Shown here one piece after another: positions 1-9,842 of a stretch of 64,000 nt of DNA. Source of the DNA: an uncultured SAR86 cluster bacterium (lineage in GTDB: Bacteria > Pseudomonadota > Gammaproteobacteria > Magnimaribacterales > AG-339-G14); NCBI GenBank assembly GCA_902566305.1, contig CACFIK010000001.1, positions 29,205-93,204 on the forward strand. The letters are read 5' to 3'. Every line of letters begins with the position of its first letter. Position 1 is the stretch's first letter. A program made the position numbers and the translations under genes. The notes below the pieces were generated by a model. That model did no database searches and was not told the DNA's origin. It was given only the letters and a program-made list of their open reading frames with translations.

Positions 1-1
1 C

Positions 2-535
2 TTTATGAGCTTGAAAGCATTTAAAAAAATTTTTGATTTGTTAGGCCTAAATTCTAATCATATAGAAAATTCACTTAAGGCTTTAAGAAAAGTTTTTTTG
101 AACAAGACATCTAGATTTGATAGAAATTGGGACTCAAAGGAAAGATACAGCATGGATTGGTATTATCCAATTTTGGCAGGAATTTATGATAAATCAGAAG
201 CTATTAAAAAAATTAATTCCAAATGGGACATCTTTGTTAATGAAGAGTTTGGCTGTAGATGCGTGAGCGACAGACCTTGGATTACTGTAGCTGAAACATC
301 AGAATTAATAATAACGCTAAATAAAATAGATGAAACCAAAAAGGCTAAGGATCTCTTTGAAAAAGTAAGCGAATTAAAAGATCCCAAAGACAACATTTTC
401 TGGATGGGTTATGTTTTTGATGATGAGAAATACTGGCCAATTGAAAAACCTACTTGGACTGCAGCAGCATACATTCTCGCTGCGAATGCGTTGTGTGGAT
501 TTACTTCTACAGGTGACTTTTTTAAGAAGTTATAG
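2..535 (+). CDS. 3' part of a gene cut by the left window edge; hypothetical protein, possibly alpha/alpha-toroid fold (prenyltransferase / terpene-cyclase / glycoside-hydrolase-like)
   Basis: The frame is open from position 2 to the stop at 533-535 (track ORF 5..535). Aromatic-rich segments (DWYYPILAG, RPWITVAETSEL, PTWTAAAYILAANAL) resemble toroid-repeat proteins. The family guess is from memory only. Confidence 0.35.
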   Translation, partial: FMSLKAFKKIFDLLGLNSNHIENSLKALRKVFLNKTSRFDRNWDSKERYSMDWYYPILAGIYDKSEAIKKINSKWDIFVNEEFGCRCVSDRPWITVAETSELIITLNKIDETKKAKDLFEKVSELKDPKDNIFWMGYVFDDEKYWPIEKPTWTAAAYILAANALCGFTSTGDFFKKL

Positions 536-536
536 T

Positions 537-1154
537 TTAAATTTTTTTTAATATCCCCAAAGTTTTGTATAGCTCTATGAATTTAAATTGATTTGTTTCT
601 TTAACATATTCAAATAATTCATAGGGCGGCCTACCTCCATCATTAGGGTCTGGAAAAACATCATGTATGAGCAAATAACCATCTTTGCAAATGAAATCAC
701 TCCAGGCTTTAAAGTCTGAAAATGCTGATTTTTTGCTGTGACTGCCATCAATGAAGAGAAGGCCAATCTCGTAATTCTTTGGCCAAAGTGAACTTACTTC
801 TTTTGAATCACCTACTGCAGGCAATATGGATTCTTTGTGAGAAAAATTCTCAATATAAGACCTAAAAACAGGATAAGTATTAAATTTATCAATTCTTTTA
901 TCATAAAAATTTTTATCGAAATATTCTTCGCCAGGCTGGTGCTCTTCTGAACCTATATGATGATCGACTGTTATTAAATAAGTATCATTAGCTGCGCAGG
1001 CTTCAGCAATGACCAACGAAGACTTCCCACAATAAGTTCCGATTTCAAGACAAGGACCTTTTTTTGAGGCTTCTGATGCTATTTCAAAAAGTCTTTCTGC
1101 TTCAGAAAAATCAAGGAAACCTATATGATTATCAAAATTTTTAATCCAATTCAC
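537..1154 (-). CDS. class I SAM-dependent methyltransferase (O-methyltransferase-like)
   Basis: 205 aa. SAM-binding motif I LEIGTYCGKSS, followed by VDHH and the FIDGSHS acidic/post-II region, as in Methyltransf_24 / family-3 OMT-like proteins. Confidence 0.75.
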   Translation of the reverse strand: MNWIKNFDNHIGFLDFSEAERLFEIASEASKKGPCLEIGTYCGKSSLVIAEACAANDTYLITVDHHIGSEEHQPGEEYFDKNFYDKRIDKFNTYPVFRSYIENFSHKESILPAVGDSKEVSSLWPKNYEIGLLFIDGSHSKKSAFSDFKAWSDFICKDGYLLIHDVFPDPNDGGRPPYELFEYVKETNQFKFIELYKTLGILKKI

Positions 1155-1162
1155 TTTAAAAA

Positions 1163-2038
1163 ATGTTTACCAGAGAAGTCTACACGAATTCAAAAGGAGA
1201 AAATTTTTCCTATCTGACCCATGGAAACCAAGCAGCAGAAAACTTGATCTTTTTCTTTCATGCCACTGGTTTCAATGCAGAGACTTACAATAGCTTTTTA
1301 AGCAATCTATCAAAAAAATTAGGAGACAATTACAAAATAATTTCTTTAGATCAAAGAGGGCATGGATTATCTTTAGCAAATGCAGACCCTGGAAAACTTT
1401 CTACATGGAATTCATTTGTTGATGACGCAAAGGACTTTGTTCAAAAATTTTCCTCAAAGGAATTGTATTTTTCTGGTCATTCAATGGGAGCAATTATTGC
1501 ATTGAAGCTTTCAACAGAGTTCTCAGAAATTTCTAAATTATTTTTGATAGATCCTGTTTTACCAGGTCCCAAATTTTCTGCTTATGGAAGATTAAAAAAA
1601 TTTTTAAGATTGAATAAAACTTCTCATATGGTCTTGGCTGCAAAAAATAGAAGGTTTGAATTTGCATCAAAGCTAGAAGCATTCAATCACTTTAAAGGTA
1701 GAGGAGCCTATAAATCCTGGAATGATGATATTTTGCAAGATTACTTAAATGGAGGAATGATTGTTAAACATGACAAGGCTTATTTAAGCTGCCATCCTCA
1801 TTGGGAAGCAGAGGTTTTCAACACCGCATCTCTAGATACATGGAAATACATAAAAAAAGTAAAGTGCAAAGTATTCGTACCATATGCATTAATCGCATCA
1901 ACCATGGGAGATGGTGCAAGAAAAAGTCTCCAAAAAAACCATAATTTTAGGCTTAAACCATACGATGCTTCACATTTCCTGCCAATGGAAAAGGGCGATC
2001 AACTTAGTTCTGATATAGAATCTTTTATCCTGAGTTAA
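1163..2038 (+). CDS. alpha/beta-fold hydrolase
   Basis: 291 aa. Oxyanion region FFFHATGF, nucleophile elbow GHSMGA, and a C-terminal His (DASHF) consistent with a Ser-Asp-His triad. Confidence 0.8.
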   Translation: MFTREVYTNSKGENFSYLTHGNQAAENLIFFFHATGFNAETYNSFLSNLSKKLGDNYKIISLDQRGHGLSLANADPGKLSTWNSFVDDAKDFVQKFSSKELYFSGHSMGAIIALKLSTEFSEISKLFLIDPVLPGPKFSAYGRLKKFLRLNKTSHMVLAAKNRRFEFASKLEAFNHFKGRGAYKSWNDDILQDYLNGGMIVKHDKAYLSCHPHWEAEVFNTASLDTWKYIKKVKCKVFVPYALIASTMGDGARKSLQKNHNFRLKPYDASHFLPMEKGDQLSSDIESFILS

Positions 2039-2041
2039 AAA

Positions 2042-3385
2042 ATGAAAAAGAAAATAACTGTAATCGGTGATGTCATGATCGATTGGTATCTCCACGGAGA
2101 ATCTTCAAGAATTTCTCCAGAAGCACCTGTGCCAGTTGTTAATTTCAAAGAGTCTAAGTTTCAATTGGGCGGCGCTGCGAACGTTGCAAATAATTTAAAG
2201 CATCTTGAAATCGAACCTTTTCTTATAGGCGCTATTGGCAATGATCATTTTGGTTCCTTACTGAAAGAACATCTAAAGGCAGAAAAAATAAAGTTTAATT
2301 TATCAACAGAAAAAAGCTTTCAAACCATCTGTAAACAAAGGTTGATGTCTTCTAATCAGCAATTGGCAAGGATAGATTATGAGAAGTATTTTCATGGAAG
2401 TAAGCTAACCAATATATTTAACACATTTATTAGAAATATTGCTAAAACAGACTTAATAATAGTTTCAGACTATGGGAAGGGCACTATTTTTAACGCAAGA
2501 AAGCTCATCCAATCTGCCAAAAAACTCAAGAAAAAGATCCTTATTGATCCCAAAGGAAAAGATTTTACAAAGTACAAAGGTGCAAATTTAATTACTCCTA
2601 ATAAAGCTGAATTTGAAAATATTATGGGCAAGGTGGGCTCTAAAAGAGATTTAGCAAATAAAGCGAAGAAAATGCTGGAGGATTTGAATTTGGAGTCGCT
2701 AATAGTAACTTTAGGCTCAGAAGGAATGTATGTTCTAACAAAATCTAATAAAAAAATTACAGGAGACTTCATAAATGCTTATCCGCAAGAGGTATTTGAT
2801 GTATCAGGTGCAGGGGATACAACGATATCTGCTTTGGGTGCAGCCTTATCTGAGGGTAATGATATTTTTTCTGCCGCTGAGTTCGCTAATCTAGCAGCAT
2901 CTATTTCAGTTTCTAAGTTAGGAACTTCTACAGTAAGCAAAGATGAGGTTACCAGTTTGGAGGCCTCAAAAGGTAATAAAGAACAAGTTATTGTTTTTAC
3001 AAACGGTTGCTTCGATATTATCCACTCTGGTCATTTAGATTTACTTAAAGAAGCAAGAAGTTACGGAGACAAACTAATTGTTGGTCTTAACTCTGATAAA
3101 TCAATCAGCAAATTAAAAGGGTCTGATAGGCCAATAATTGGTCAGTCCGAAAGGAAAAAAATCCTTTCAGCATTAAAATTCGTTGATGAAGTAATTATTT
3201 TCAATGAAGAAAACCCTCTTAAATTAATCAAAAAACTGAAGCCCAGTATTTTAGTGAAAGGAGCAGACTATGCAAAAGAACAAGTTGTCGGCGGGGAATT
3301 TGTCGAATCTTACGGAGGTGAAATCAAGCTTGTTAAACTCACCAAAGGAAAGTCTTCTAGTAAAATAATTAATAAATTAAGTTGA
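2042..3385 (+). CDS. hldE: bifunctional D-glycero-beta-D-manno-heptose-7-phosphate kinase / heptose-1-phosphate adenylyltransferase
   Basis: 447 aa. An N-terminal PfkB/ribokinase-like kinase (DVSGAGDT) is fused to a C-terminal cytidylyltransferase-like domain (FTNGCFDIIHSGH, the HxGH motif). This architecture is diagnostic of HldE/RfaE. Confidence 0.93.
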   Translation: MKKKITVIGDVMIDWYLHGESSRISPEAPVPVVNFKESKFQLGGAANVANNLKHLEIEPFLIGAIGNDHFGSLLKEHLKAEKIKFNLSTEKSFQTICKQRLMSSNQQLARIDYEKYFHGSKLTNIFNTFIRNIAKTDLIIVSDYGKGTIFNARKLIQSAKKLKKKILIDPKGKDFTKYKGANLITPNKAEFENIMGKVGSKRDLANKAKKMLEDLNLESLIVTLGSEGMYVLTKSNKKITGDFINAYPQEVFDVSGAGDTTISALGAALSEGNDIFSAAEFANLAASISVSKLGTSTVSKDEVTSLEASKGNKEQVIVFTNGCFDIIHSGHLDLLKEARSYGDKLIVGLNSDKSISKLKGSDRPIIGQSERKKILSALKFVDEVIIFNEENPLKLIKKLKPSILVKGADYAKEQVVGGEFVESYGGEIKLVKLTKGKSSSKIINKLS

Positions 3386-3414
3386 TTAGATAATTTAAAA
3401 ATTTACTCGGTGAG

Positions 3415-4263
3415 TCATCTTTTTTCTCTCATTAAGCTTCGGTCATAAATTTCCAAATCATCTTTAGGCCTATGCTTGAATCTCCTATGTATCCATAGAT
3501 ATCTCTCTGGTTGTTGCCTTATAGATATTTCAATTTCTTGATTAAGCAAAGCTAAGTCTTCATAAAGATTTTCACCGCTCATATCTATTTTCTTTAAAAT
3601 TATTTTGTATCTATTTTTTATATCCTCCAAATAAAGGAAATAAATTTTGCACCCGGTTCTTTTTTTGGCAATTGAAGGAAATTTAACGGTTAACGTAGGT
3701 ATATTGAAATATGGCACAAAAATTGAGTGATCATATCCATAATCTTGATCTGGTAAATAAAGTAAATTTTCACCCTTTTGTAATAGTCTCATAGATTTTA
3801 ATGCTTCATTTGGGAACAGAATTTGTTTGAAATATTTTTCTCTCGAACTAAAAATAAAATTATTTACTAATCTACCTTTTTGTTTTTTTGCCATGGCATT
3901 CACATTAAACATTATTGCTGCTACTCGACCTGTGATTTCTAGGTCAGTTGTGTGAGGGATTAAAATTAGATTACCTTGTGATGATTTTTTGAGCTCATCT
4001 AAATCAAATTCATCGAGATTTATCAGAAGTCTCTTAAAATTTTCACTGCTAAGAACCCAAGCTTTAAGACCTTGAAAAATTGAGGCTCCAAGGTGAAGAT
4101 AATGCTTATTTAGAATTTTAGACCTATCTAATGCATTTAATTCAGGAAAACAAACTTCTAAATTCTTATCAGCTATTTTCCTTCTAATATTTCCAAAAGT
4201 CCTTAAGAGATAGGCAACAGATTTTGCAAAGAGAAATTCTACAAAGTTCAATAAATATAGCAT
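3415..4263 (-). CDS. lpxL: lipid A biosynthesis late (lauroyl/myristoyl) acyltransferase, LpxL/LpxM family
   Basis: 282 aa. Hx4(D/E) acyltransferase motif HTTDLE and family signature YLWIHRRFKHRP near the C-terminus. The gene is divergent from waaA. Confidence 0.82.
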   Translation of the reverse strand: MLYLLNFVEFLFAKSVAYLLRTFGNIRRKIADKNLEVCFPELNALDRSKILNKHYLHLGASIFQGLKAWVLSSENFKRLLINLDEFDLDELKKSSQGNLILIPHTTDLEITGRVAAIMFNVNAMAKKQKGRLVNNFIFSSREKYFKQILFPNEALKSMRLLQKGENLLYLPDQDYGYDHSIFVPYFNIPTLTVKFPSIAKKRTGCKIYFLYLEDIKNRYKIILKKIDMSGENLYEDLALLNQEIEISIRQQPERYLWIHRRFKHRPKDDLEIYDRSLMREKR

Positions 4264-4337
4264 TTAAGACATTTTAAATTTTTCCCATTATAGTAGCATT
4301 TGAATAAATCGAAGATTCGGAGCATTTTATTTTCTTT

Positions 4338-5582
4338 TTGTACAATTTTTTAATTTCTCTAATAATTCCTTTTGCTTTAGTGAGGCACATACTAAAAGCA
4401 AGTTCTTTCGGAGAAAAAAGACTTCAAGCTCTGGAAAAGATAGGATTTTTTAAAGGAGATAAAAACTCAAATAAATCAATCTGGATTCATGCTGTATCAG
4501 TCGGTGAGGTGAATGTCGCCCTAAAGTTAATTCAAGATTTAGAAGGGATCTTAGAAAATCCAAATTTTATTTTATCAACGACAACTTTAACTGGAGCAAG
4601 AAAAGCTAAAGAAAATCTTAATAAAAATTCAATACATGTTTATTTTCCATTCGATTTAAAATTTATTTGCAAGAAATTCATTAATTTTTATAAACCTTCA
4701 ATACTCTTACTCGTAGAGACAGAAATTTGGCCAAATCTCATTAATGTCTTCAATGAATTTAAGCTACCGGTAGTTTTAGTTAATGGAAGACTATCTAGTA
4801 AGTCCTTAAAGAAATATCAAAGACTGAATTTCTTCTTCAAAAGTAGTTTCAATAAAATTAATCATGCTTTTGTCCAATCAAAAAATGATTTTGAAAGATT
4901 TTATGAGGCTGGAGTTAAAGAAGATGCAATGAGTGTTACCGGCTCAATTAAGTTTGATGCGAACTTAGCATCTCCAAAAAATTTTAACGAAAATGAGATT
5001 AATTATTACAAGGAAAAATATGTATTCGTTTGCGGAAGTACACACCCCGGAGAGGAAGAAATACTCATTGAAAGTTTCATAGATTTAAAAAAAGAAAATA
5101 AGCATTTAGTTTTAGCACCTCGGCATCCAGAAAGGTTCAATGAGATCAAAGAATTATTAAAAGAAAAAAAATTAACAAGCATTTTTTATACTGAAATTTC
5201 TTCTAACCCTAATGACAAGAGTGACGTGACTATAGTTGATGTAATAGGGCGGCTATTAGATTTTTATGAGATTGCTGATTATGTCTTTATTGGAGGTACT
5301 TTAGTCGATCATGGAGGACAAAATTTTCTCGAACCAGCTTATTTTCATAAACCAATTATTTCAGGAAGAAGTACATATAACTTTGAAGAAATTTCAAAAA
5401 AGTTAGAAGATTTAGATTTATTGAGATTTGTCTCAAATAAAGATGAAATTACCTATGCAATTGAAAATATGGAAGCTATCTCTGATCCTTTGAAGCAGGA
5501 GATTGATCTTTGGTTAGATGAAAGCAGGGGCGCTTCAAAGTTAATAAGTCAAAAAATTTGTGAAAAATTTAAATTAATTTAA
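4338..5582 (+). CDS. waaA: 3-deoxy-D-manno-octulosonic acid (Kdo) transferase
   Basis: 414 aa with a TTG start. It has the IWIHAVSVGEV motif and a GT-B-type C-terminal half typical of WaaA/KdtA. Confidence 0.92.
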   Translation: MYNFLISLIIPFALVRHILKASSFGEKRLQALEKIGFFKGDKNSNKSIWIHAVSVGEVNVALKLIQDLEGILENPNFILSTTTLTGARKAKENLNKNSIHVYFPFDLKFICKKFINFYKPSILLLVETEIWPNLINVFNEFKLPVVLVNGRLSSKSLKKYQRLNFFFKSSFNKINHAFVQSKNDFERFYEAGVKEDAMSVTGSIKFDANLASPKNFNENEINYYKEKYVFVCGSTHPGEEEILIESFIDLKKENKHLVLAPRHPERFNEIKELLKEKKLTSIFYTEISSNPNDKSDVTIVDVIGRLLDFYEIADYVFIGGTLVDHGGQNFLEPAYFHKPIISGRSTYNFEEISKKLEDLDLLRFVSNKDEITYAIENMEAISDPLKQEIDLWLDESRGASKLISQKICEKFKLI

Positions 5583-5626
5583 TTTTTTTCAGAACATAGA
5601 GACAATTTCTTAAATTTTTATAGTAA

Positions 5627-5998
<372 letters not shown>

Positions 5999-6065
5999 AA
6001 ATATCTTTTTTACTATCAAGCCTCTGATTATCTATGTCCTCAGAGCTACAAGGATCTTTTGTAAA

Positions 6066-7685
6066 TTAGTTTAAAGAGGACTCAGCAAATTCCTTAGCCC
6101 ATTTATAATTGGCTTTTCCATTTGGTGCTCGCTTAACTTCTTCCGTAAGAAGAATACTTTTTGGAACTTTATAACCAGCTAAATTTGTTTTCAAAAAAGC
6201 AATTAGTTCCGCTTCGCTGGGATCATTGCCCTTCTCAGAAGATACAACTGCGACAACTTTTTGACCAAATTTCTCATCAGGCAAGCCAACCACAAGACAA
6301 TCGTAAACGCTAGCATTAAGCTTTAAGGCTTCTTCGACTTCCTCAGGGTAAACTTTCTCTCCTGCTGTATTAATGCAATTACTACCTCTTCCTAATAGAG
6401 TGATCGATCCATCTTCCTCAAGAAGAGCATAATCTCCAGGAAAGCTATACCTTATTCCGTTGAATTCTTTGAAGGTCTCAGCTGATTTCTCAGGATCTTT
6501 ATAGTAACCTTCTGGAACCAAGCCGCTTGTTCCTATTTTTCCTCTAACACCAGAGCCAGGCGAAACTTCTTTACCTTCATCATCAACAATAATTACTCCA
6601 GGATTGATATTAAATTTGGCTGTTTTAGCTGGGTTGTCTCTGGAAGATATTGATGATCCCATACCACCTTCTGTTGATCCCATGGTATCAATTAAAACCA
6701 TATCCTTATGTTTAAGAAGTCCATCTTTTACTTCAGAGCTCCACATAACTCCACTCGAAATAATTGTTTGTAAACTATCTATTGAATAAGCATCACCATC
6801 CGCTGAGGCTTTGTTCAATGAATCCAACATAGGTTTTGCAAATGCATCACCAACAATAACAACGCTTGTAGCTTTTTTAGATTCTACTTCCCTCCATAAA
6901 CGATCTGGATCAAATCCTAGAGAAGGCATTGTCACAACACTGCCACCGGAAAGATGAGGCAAAAACGCTCCTAACCACATTCCTGTCCCATGCATTAGAG
7001 GACATCCAACAAGACTGACAGGTAATTCATTAGACGCGGCTTTTTCCTTTATCAATGACTCAATATCTTCAAGGTCTTCAGGAACAGGAAAACCCATGGC
7101 AAAAGCCGTTTTCATCATTGAACCGAGAAATAAACCTTGTTTATACATTACTCCTTTAGGCATTCCGGTTGTGCCTCCTGTGTAAAGCATATAAAAATTC
7201 TCTTCAGATCTTTCTCTCTCTTTTTGTTTTTCTTCTTTTTGAATTATCTCTGAATACTCATCTGACCCTTCTAAAAGATCCTCGCTGCAATCCATTACTT
7301 GAATGAAAGCTTTAATTTTAGGAAGTTTATTTTTGATGGCTTTTATTCTGTCAGCGTAACAAGCTTGATAAAAAATGGCTTCTGCATCTGCGTTATCTAA
7401 TAAGTAAATTAATTCATCTTCTTGATAACGATAATTCACATTGATGGGAACACACTCATTTTTAAAAGTGGCAAATTGAGCTACGAGGTATTCATTTGAG
7501 TTATGAAGGTAAAGTCCAACTTTCGAATCAAAAGAAAGACCTTTACTCTCTAAGTAATTCGCTAACTTAGCGGCTTGATCTTCATACTCTTGCCAAGTTA
7601 CTACTCTATCTTCACAAACGAGAGCTGGTTCTTCCGGAATGATTCTTGAAATTTTTTCAAAAACAGATGCAAAATGCATGTTCAT
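6066..7685 (-). CDS. AMP-dependent acyl-CoA synthetase/ligase (fatty-acid-CoA ligase family)
   Basis: 539 aa. AMP-binding signature YTGGTTGMPKGV, then GDYALLEEDGSITLLGR and a C-terminal PNGK motif. Confidence 0.87.
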   Translation of the reverse strand: MNMHFASVFEKISRIIPEEPALVCEDRVVTWQEYEDQAAKLANYLESKGLSFDSKVGLYLHNSNEYLVAQFATFKNECVPINVNYRYQEDELIYLLDNADAEAIFYQACYADRIKAIKNKLPKIKAFIQVMDCSEDLLEGSDEYSEIIQKEEKQKERERSEENFYMLYTGGTTGMPKGVMYKQGLFLGSMMKTAFAMGFPVPEDLEDIESLIKEKAASNELPVSLVGCPLMHGTGMWLGAFLPHLSGGSVVTMPSLGFDPDRLWREVESKKATSVVIVGDAFAKPMLDSLNKASADGDAYSIDSLQTIISSGVMWSSEVKDGLLKHKDMVLIDTMGSTEGGMGSSISSRDNPAKTAKFNINPGVIIVDDEGKEVSPGSGVRGKIGTSGLVPEGYYKDPEKSAETFKEFNGIRYSFPGDYALLEEDGSITLLGRGSNCINTAGEKVYPEEVEEALKLNASVYDCLVVGLPDEKFGQKVVAVVSSEKGNDPSEAELIAFLKTNLAGYKVPKSILLTEEVKRAPNGKANYKWAKEFAESSLN

Positions 7686-7765
7686 ATTTCCCCCAAAAAT
7701 TTTCTTATGTTTTGAAGTGTTAAATTAGATAATAATTAACCAAAATACAATAGTTTGAAAATATT

Positions 7766-8680
7766 TTGAAAACCTTATCCCCAATCATTTGCATTCTAGG
7801 ACCAACGAATTCTGGAAAGACAGATTTATCGCTGAGACTTTTTGATGAAATAACCGCAGATTTGATAAGTGTTGATTCTGTTCAAATTTATAAACATGCA
7901 GACATTGGGAGCAATAAAATATCTAAGGAACTTCAAAATAAATACCCTCATGAGCTTATCGATATCATAGAGCCTAGTGAGGTTTACTCCGTAGGTGAAT
8001 TTTTAAAAGACCTAAAGAGCACTATAGATAAATCAGTCCAGTCAAATAAAGTACCGGTTTTAGTTGGCGGCTCGATGATGTATTTTTTTTCATATCTTGT
8101 TGGATTCGATGATCTTCCTAAGTCTGATCCTGATACCAGAAGAAAGATTCTTCAAGAAATTGATATAAAGGGAAAAGAAGCAGCATATAAAAGACTAAAA
8201 TCAAAAGATCCCGAAGCAGCAAAAAACATTCATCCTAATGATACTCAAAGACTGGTTAGAGCTTTGGAAGTTCTAGAAATTTCAAATAAACCCATGAGTT
8301 CTTTTTTTAAAAGGAAAGAAAATTCTAATTCAAATGTTTTCCCTATAGTGATTGATAAAGGTAAAGGTTCAAATTTTGATGAGGATCTAAAAAATAGAGT
8401 CGAAAATATGTTAAGAAAAGGCTTCATTAATGAAGTGGAAGAAATAATAAAAAATTATAAATCTAACAAATTACCCCTTCTTAATTCTGCTGGCTACAAG
8501 GAAGTTTCAATGTATTTAGATAATAAAATTAAAAAGGATGCTCTTATTGAAAAAATATTTTTTGCCCATAAGAAATTAGCAAAGCACCAAAGAACTTGGA
8601 TTAAAAAAATCCCTAACTTGAGAGCTTTTCAAAGTGCAGATACTGCGAAAAATGAAATAATGGAATATTTATCTTATTGA
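7766..8680 (+). CDS. miaA: tRNA dimethylallyltransferase
   Basis: 304 aa with a TTG start. P-loop GPTNSGKT, DSVQIYK, and the TQRLVRALEV motif. It sits upstream of hflKC as in other gammaproteobacteria. Confidence 0.93.
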   Translation: MKTLSPIICILGPTNSGKTDLSLRLFDEITADLISVDSVQIYKHADIGSNKISKELQNKYPHELIDIIEPSEVYSVGEFLKDLKSTIDKSVQSNKVPVLVGGSMMYFFSYLVGFDDLPKSDPDTRRKILQEIDIKGKEAAYKRLKSKDPEAAKNIHPNDTQRLVRALEVLEISNKPMSSFFKRKENSNSNVFPIVIDKGKGSNFDEDLKNRVENMLRKGFINEVEEIIKNYKSNKLPLLNSAGYKEVSMYLDNKIKKDALIEKIFFAHKKLAKHQRTWIKKIPNLRAFQSADTAKNEIMEYLSY

Positions 8681-8717
8681 GTATCTTTATACTAATCTTA
8701 TCTTTAGAATGTGATTT

Positions 8718-9842
8718 ATGTCTTGGAATAACAACGGAAATAACGGATCAAGAGATCCTTGGGGAGGGAAGGATGGCCCTCCAGATATTGATGAAGCTTT
8801 AAAAAAATTTAGAGAACAATTTAGTTTTCTTTTTGGAAAAAAATCCAGTTCAGGTGGCGGTGATTTTAAACCAAGGAAATTTCTCACTTCAACCTTAGCA
8901 GTTATCTCTATCTTATACGCAGCTTTGGGAATTTACACTGTAGATGCTCAAGAACAAGCAGTTGTCATGAGATTTGGTGAGTACGTTAACACCAAAGGAC
9001 CAGGCATACATTGGAATCCTCCCATTATCGATACGAGAACCATTGTAAATACTGAAAAATTATTCACTCATACAGCAACTTCTTCGATGTTAACTAAGGA
9101 TGAAAACATCGTGATTGTTGAGATTGGAGTTCAGTACAAAAAATCTAATCCAGTCAATTATCTTTTAGAAGCTTCAACTCCAGACGATAGTCTCGCACAA
9201 GCATCCGAGGCTGCCTTAAGACATGTCGTAGGTAGTAATATTATGGACGATGTCCTAACTACCGGAAGAGAGCAAATTGCATTTGACGTAAAAGATAGAT
9301 TACAACAAAGATTAGATGACTATTTAACTGGAATTGAGGTTGTAACAGTCAATGTTAAAGAATCTAAGCCACCCGATGCTGTGAGAGAGGCATTTGATGA
9401 TGTAGTAAAGGCTCGAGAGGATGAGGTTAGATTGAGAAACCAAGCTGAGACTTATGCAAATGAGGTGGTTCCAATAGCCAGAGGTGATGCGCAAAGAACC
9501 ATTCAGGATGCAGAGGGTTATAAAAATAAAGTGATAGCAGAGGCTGAGGGTGATGCATCTCGTTTTAGTCAGTTACTTGTTGAATATAAGAAAGCTCCGG
9601 AAGTTACCAGACAAAGGCTTTATTTGGATGCTGTTCAGTCAGTAATGGACAGTAGCACCAAAGTTATGATCGACGTACAAGATGGCAATAACATTCTCTA
9701 TTTGCCCTTAGATAAGATCGCATCTGCTGCAGTAGCTGCAGATAGAAATAATTCATCATCTGAAAACGAGCAAGATATTTCTATAGGTGATATCACAGAT
9801 CAAGTGATAGAAGAAATAAGAAAAAGACAGGAGAGAAGATAA
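8718..9842 (+). CDS. hflK: FtsH protease modulator HflK
   Basis: 374 aa. N-terminus MSWNNNGNNGSRDPWGG, as in E. coli HflK, then one TM segment and an SPFH/band-7 domain. Its stop overlaps the hflC start (ATAATG). Confidence 0.93.
   Translation: MSWNNNGNNGSRDPWGGKDGPPDIDEALKKFREQFSFLFGKKSSSGGGDFKPRKFLTSTLAVISILYAALGIYTVDAQEQAVVMRFGEYVNTKGPGIHWNPPIIDTRTIVNTEKLFTHTATSSMLTKDENIVIVEIGVQYKKSNPVNYLLEASTPDDSLAQASEAALRHVVGSNIMDDVLTTGREQIAFDVKDRLQQRLDDYLTGIEVVTVNVKESKPPDAVREAFDDVVKAREDEVRLRNQAETYANEVVPIARGDAQRTIQDAEGYKNKVIAEAEGDASRFSQLLVEYKKAPEVTRQRLYLDAVQSVMDSSTKVMIDVQDGNNILYLPLDKIASAAVAADRNNSSSENEQDISIGDITDQVIEEIRKRQERR

Noticed and set aside
6019-6047. Imperfect hairpin AGC(C)TCTGA-N12-TCAGAGCT between the convergent P-II and acyl-CoA synthetase genes, considered as a bidirectional terminator
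   Set aside because: The stem is bulged and 8 bp long, the loop is large, and no adjacent T-run is present on either strand.
8687-8887. 66-aa minus-strand ORF across the miaA-hflK gap, considered as a possible displaced small gene (for example hfq)
   Set aside because: It is antisense to the hflK 5' end, Pro/Leu/Phe-rich, and has no Sm1/Sm2 motifs.
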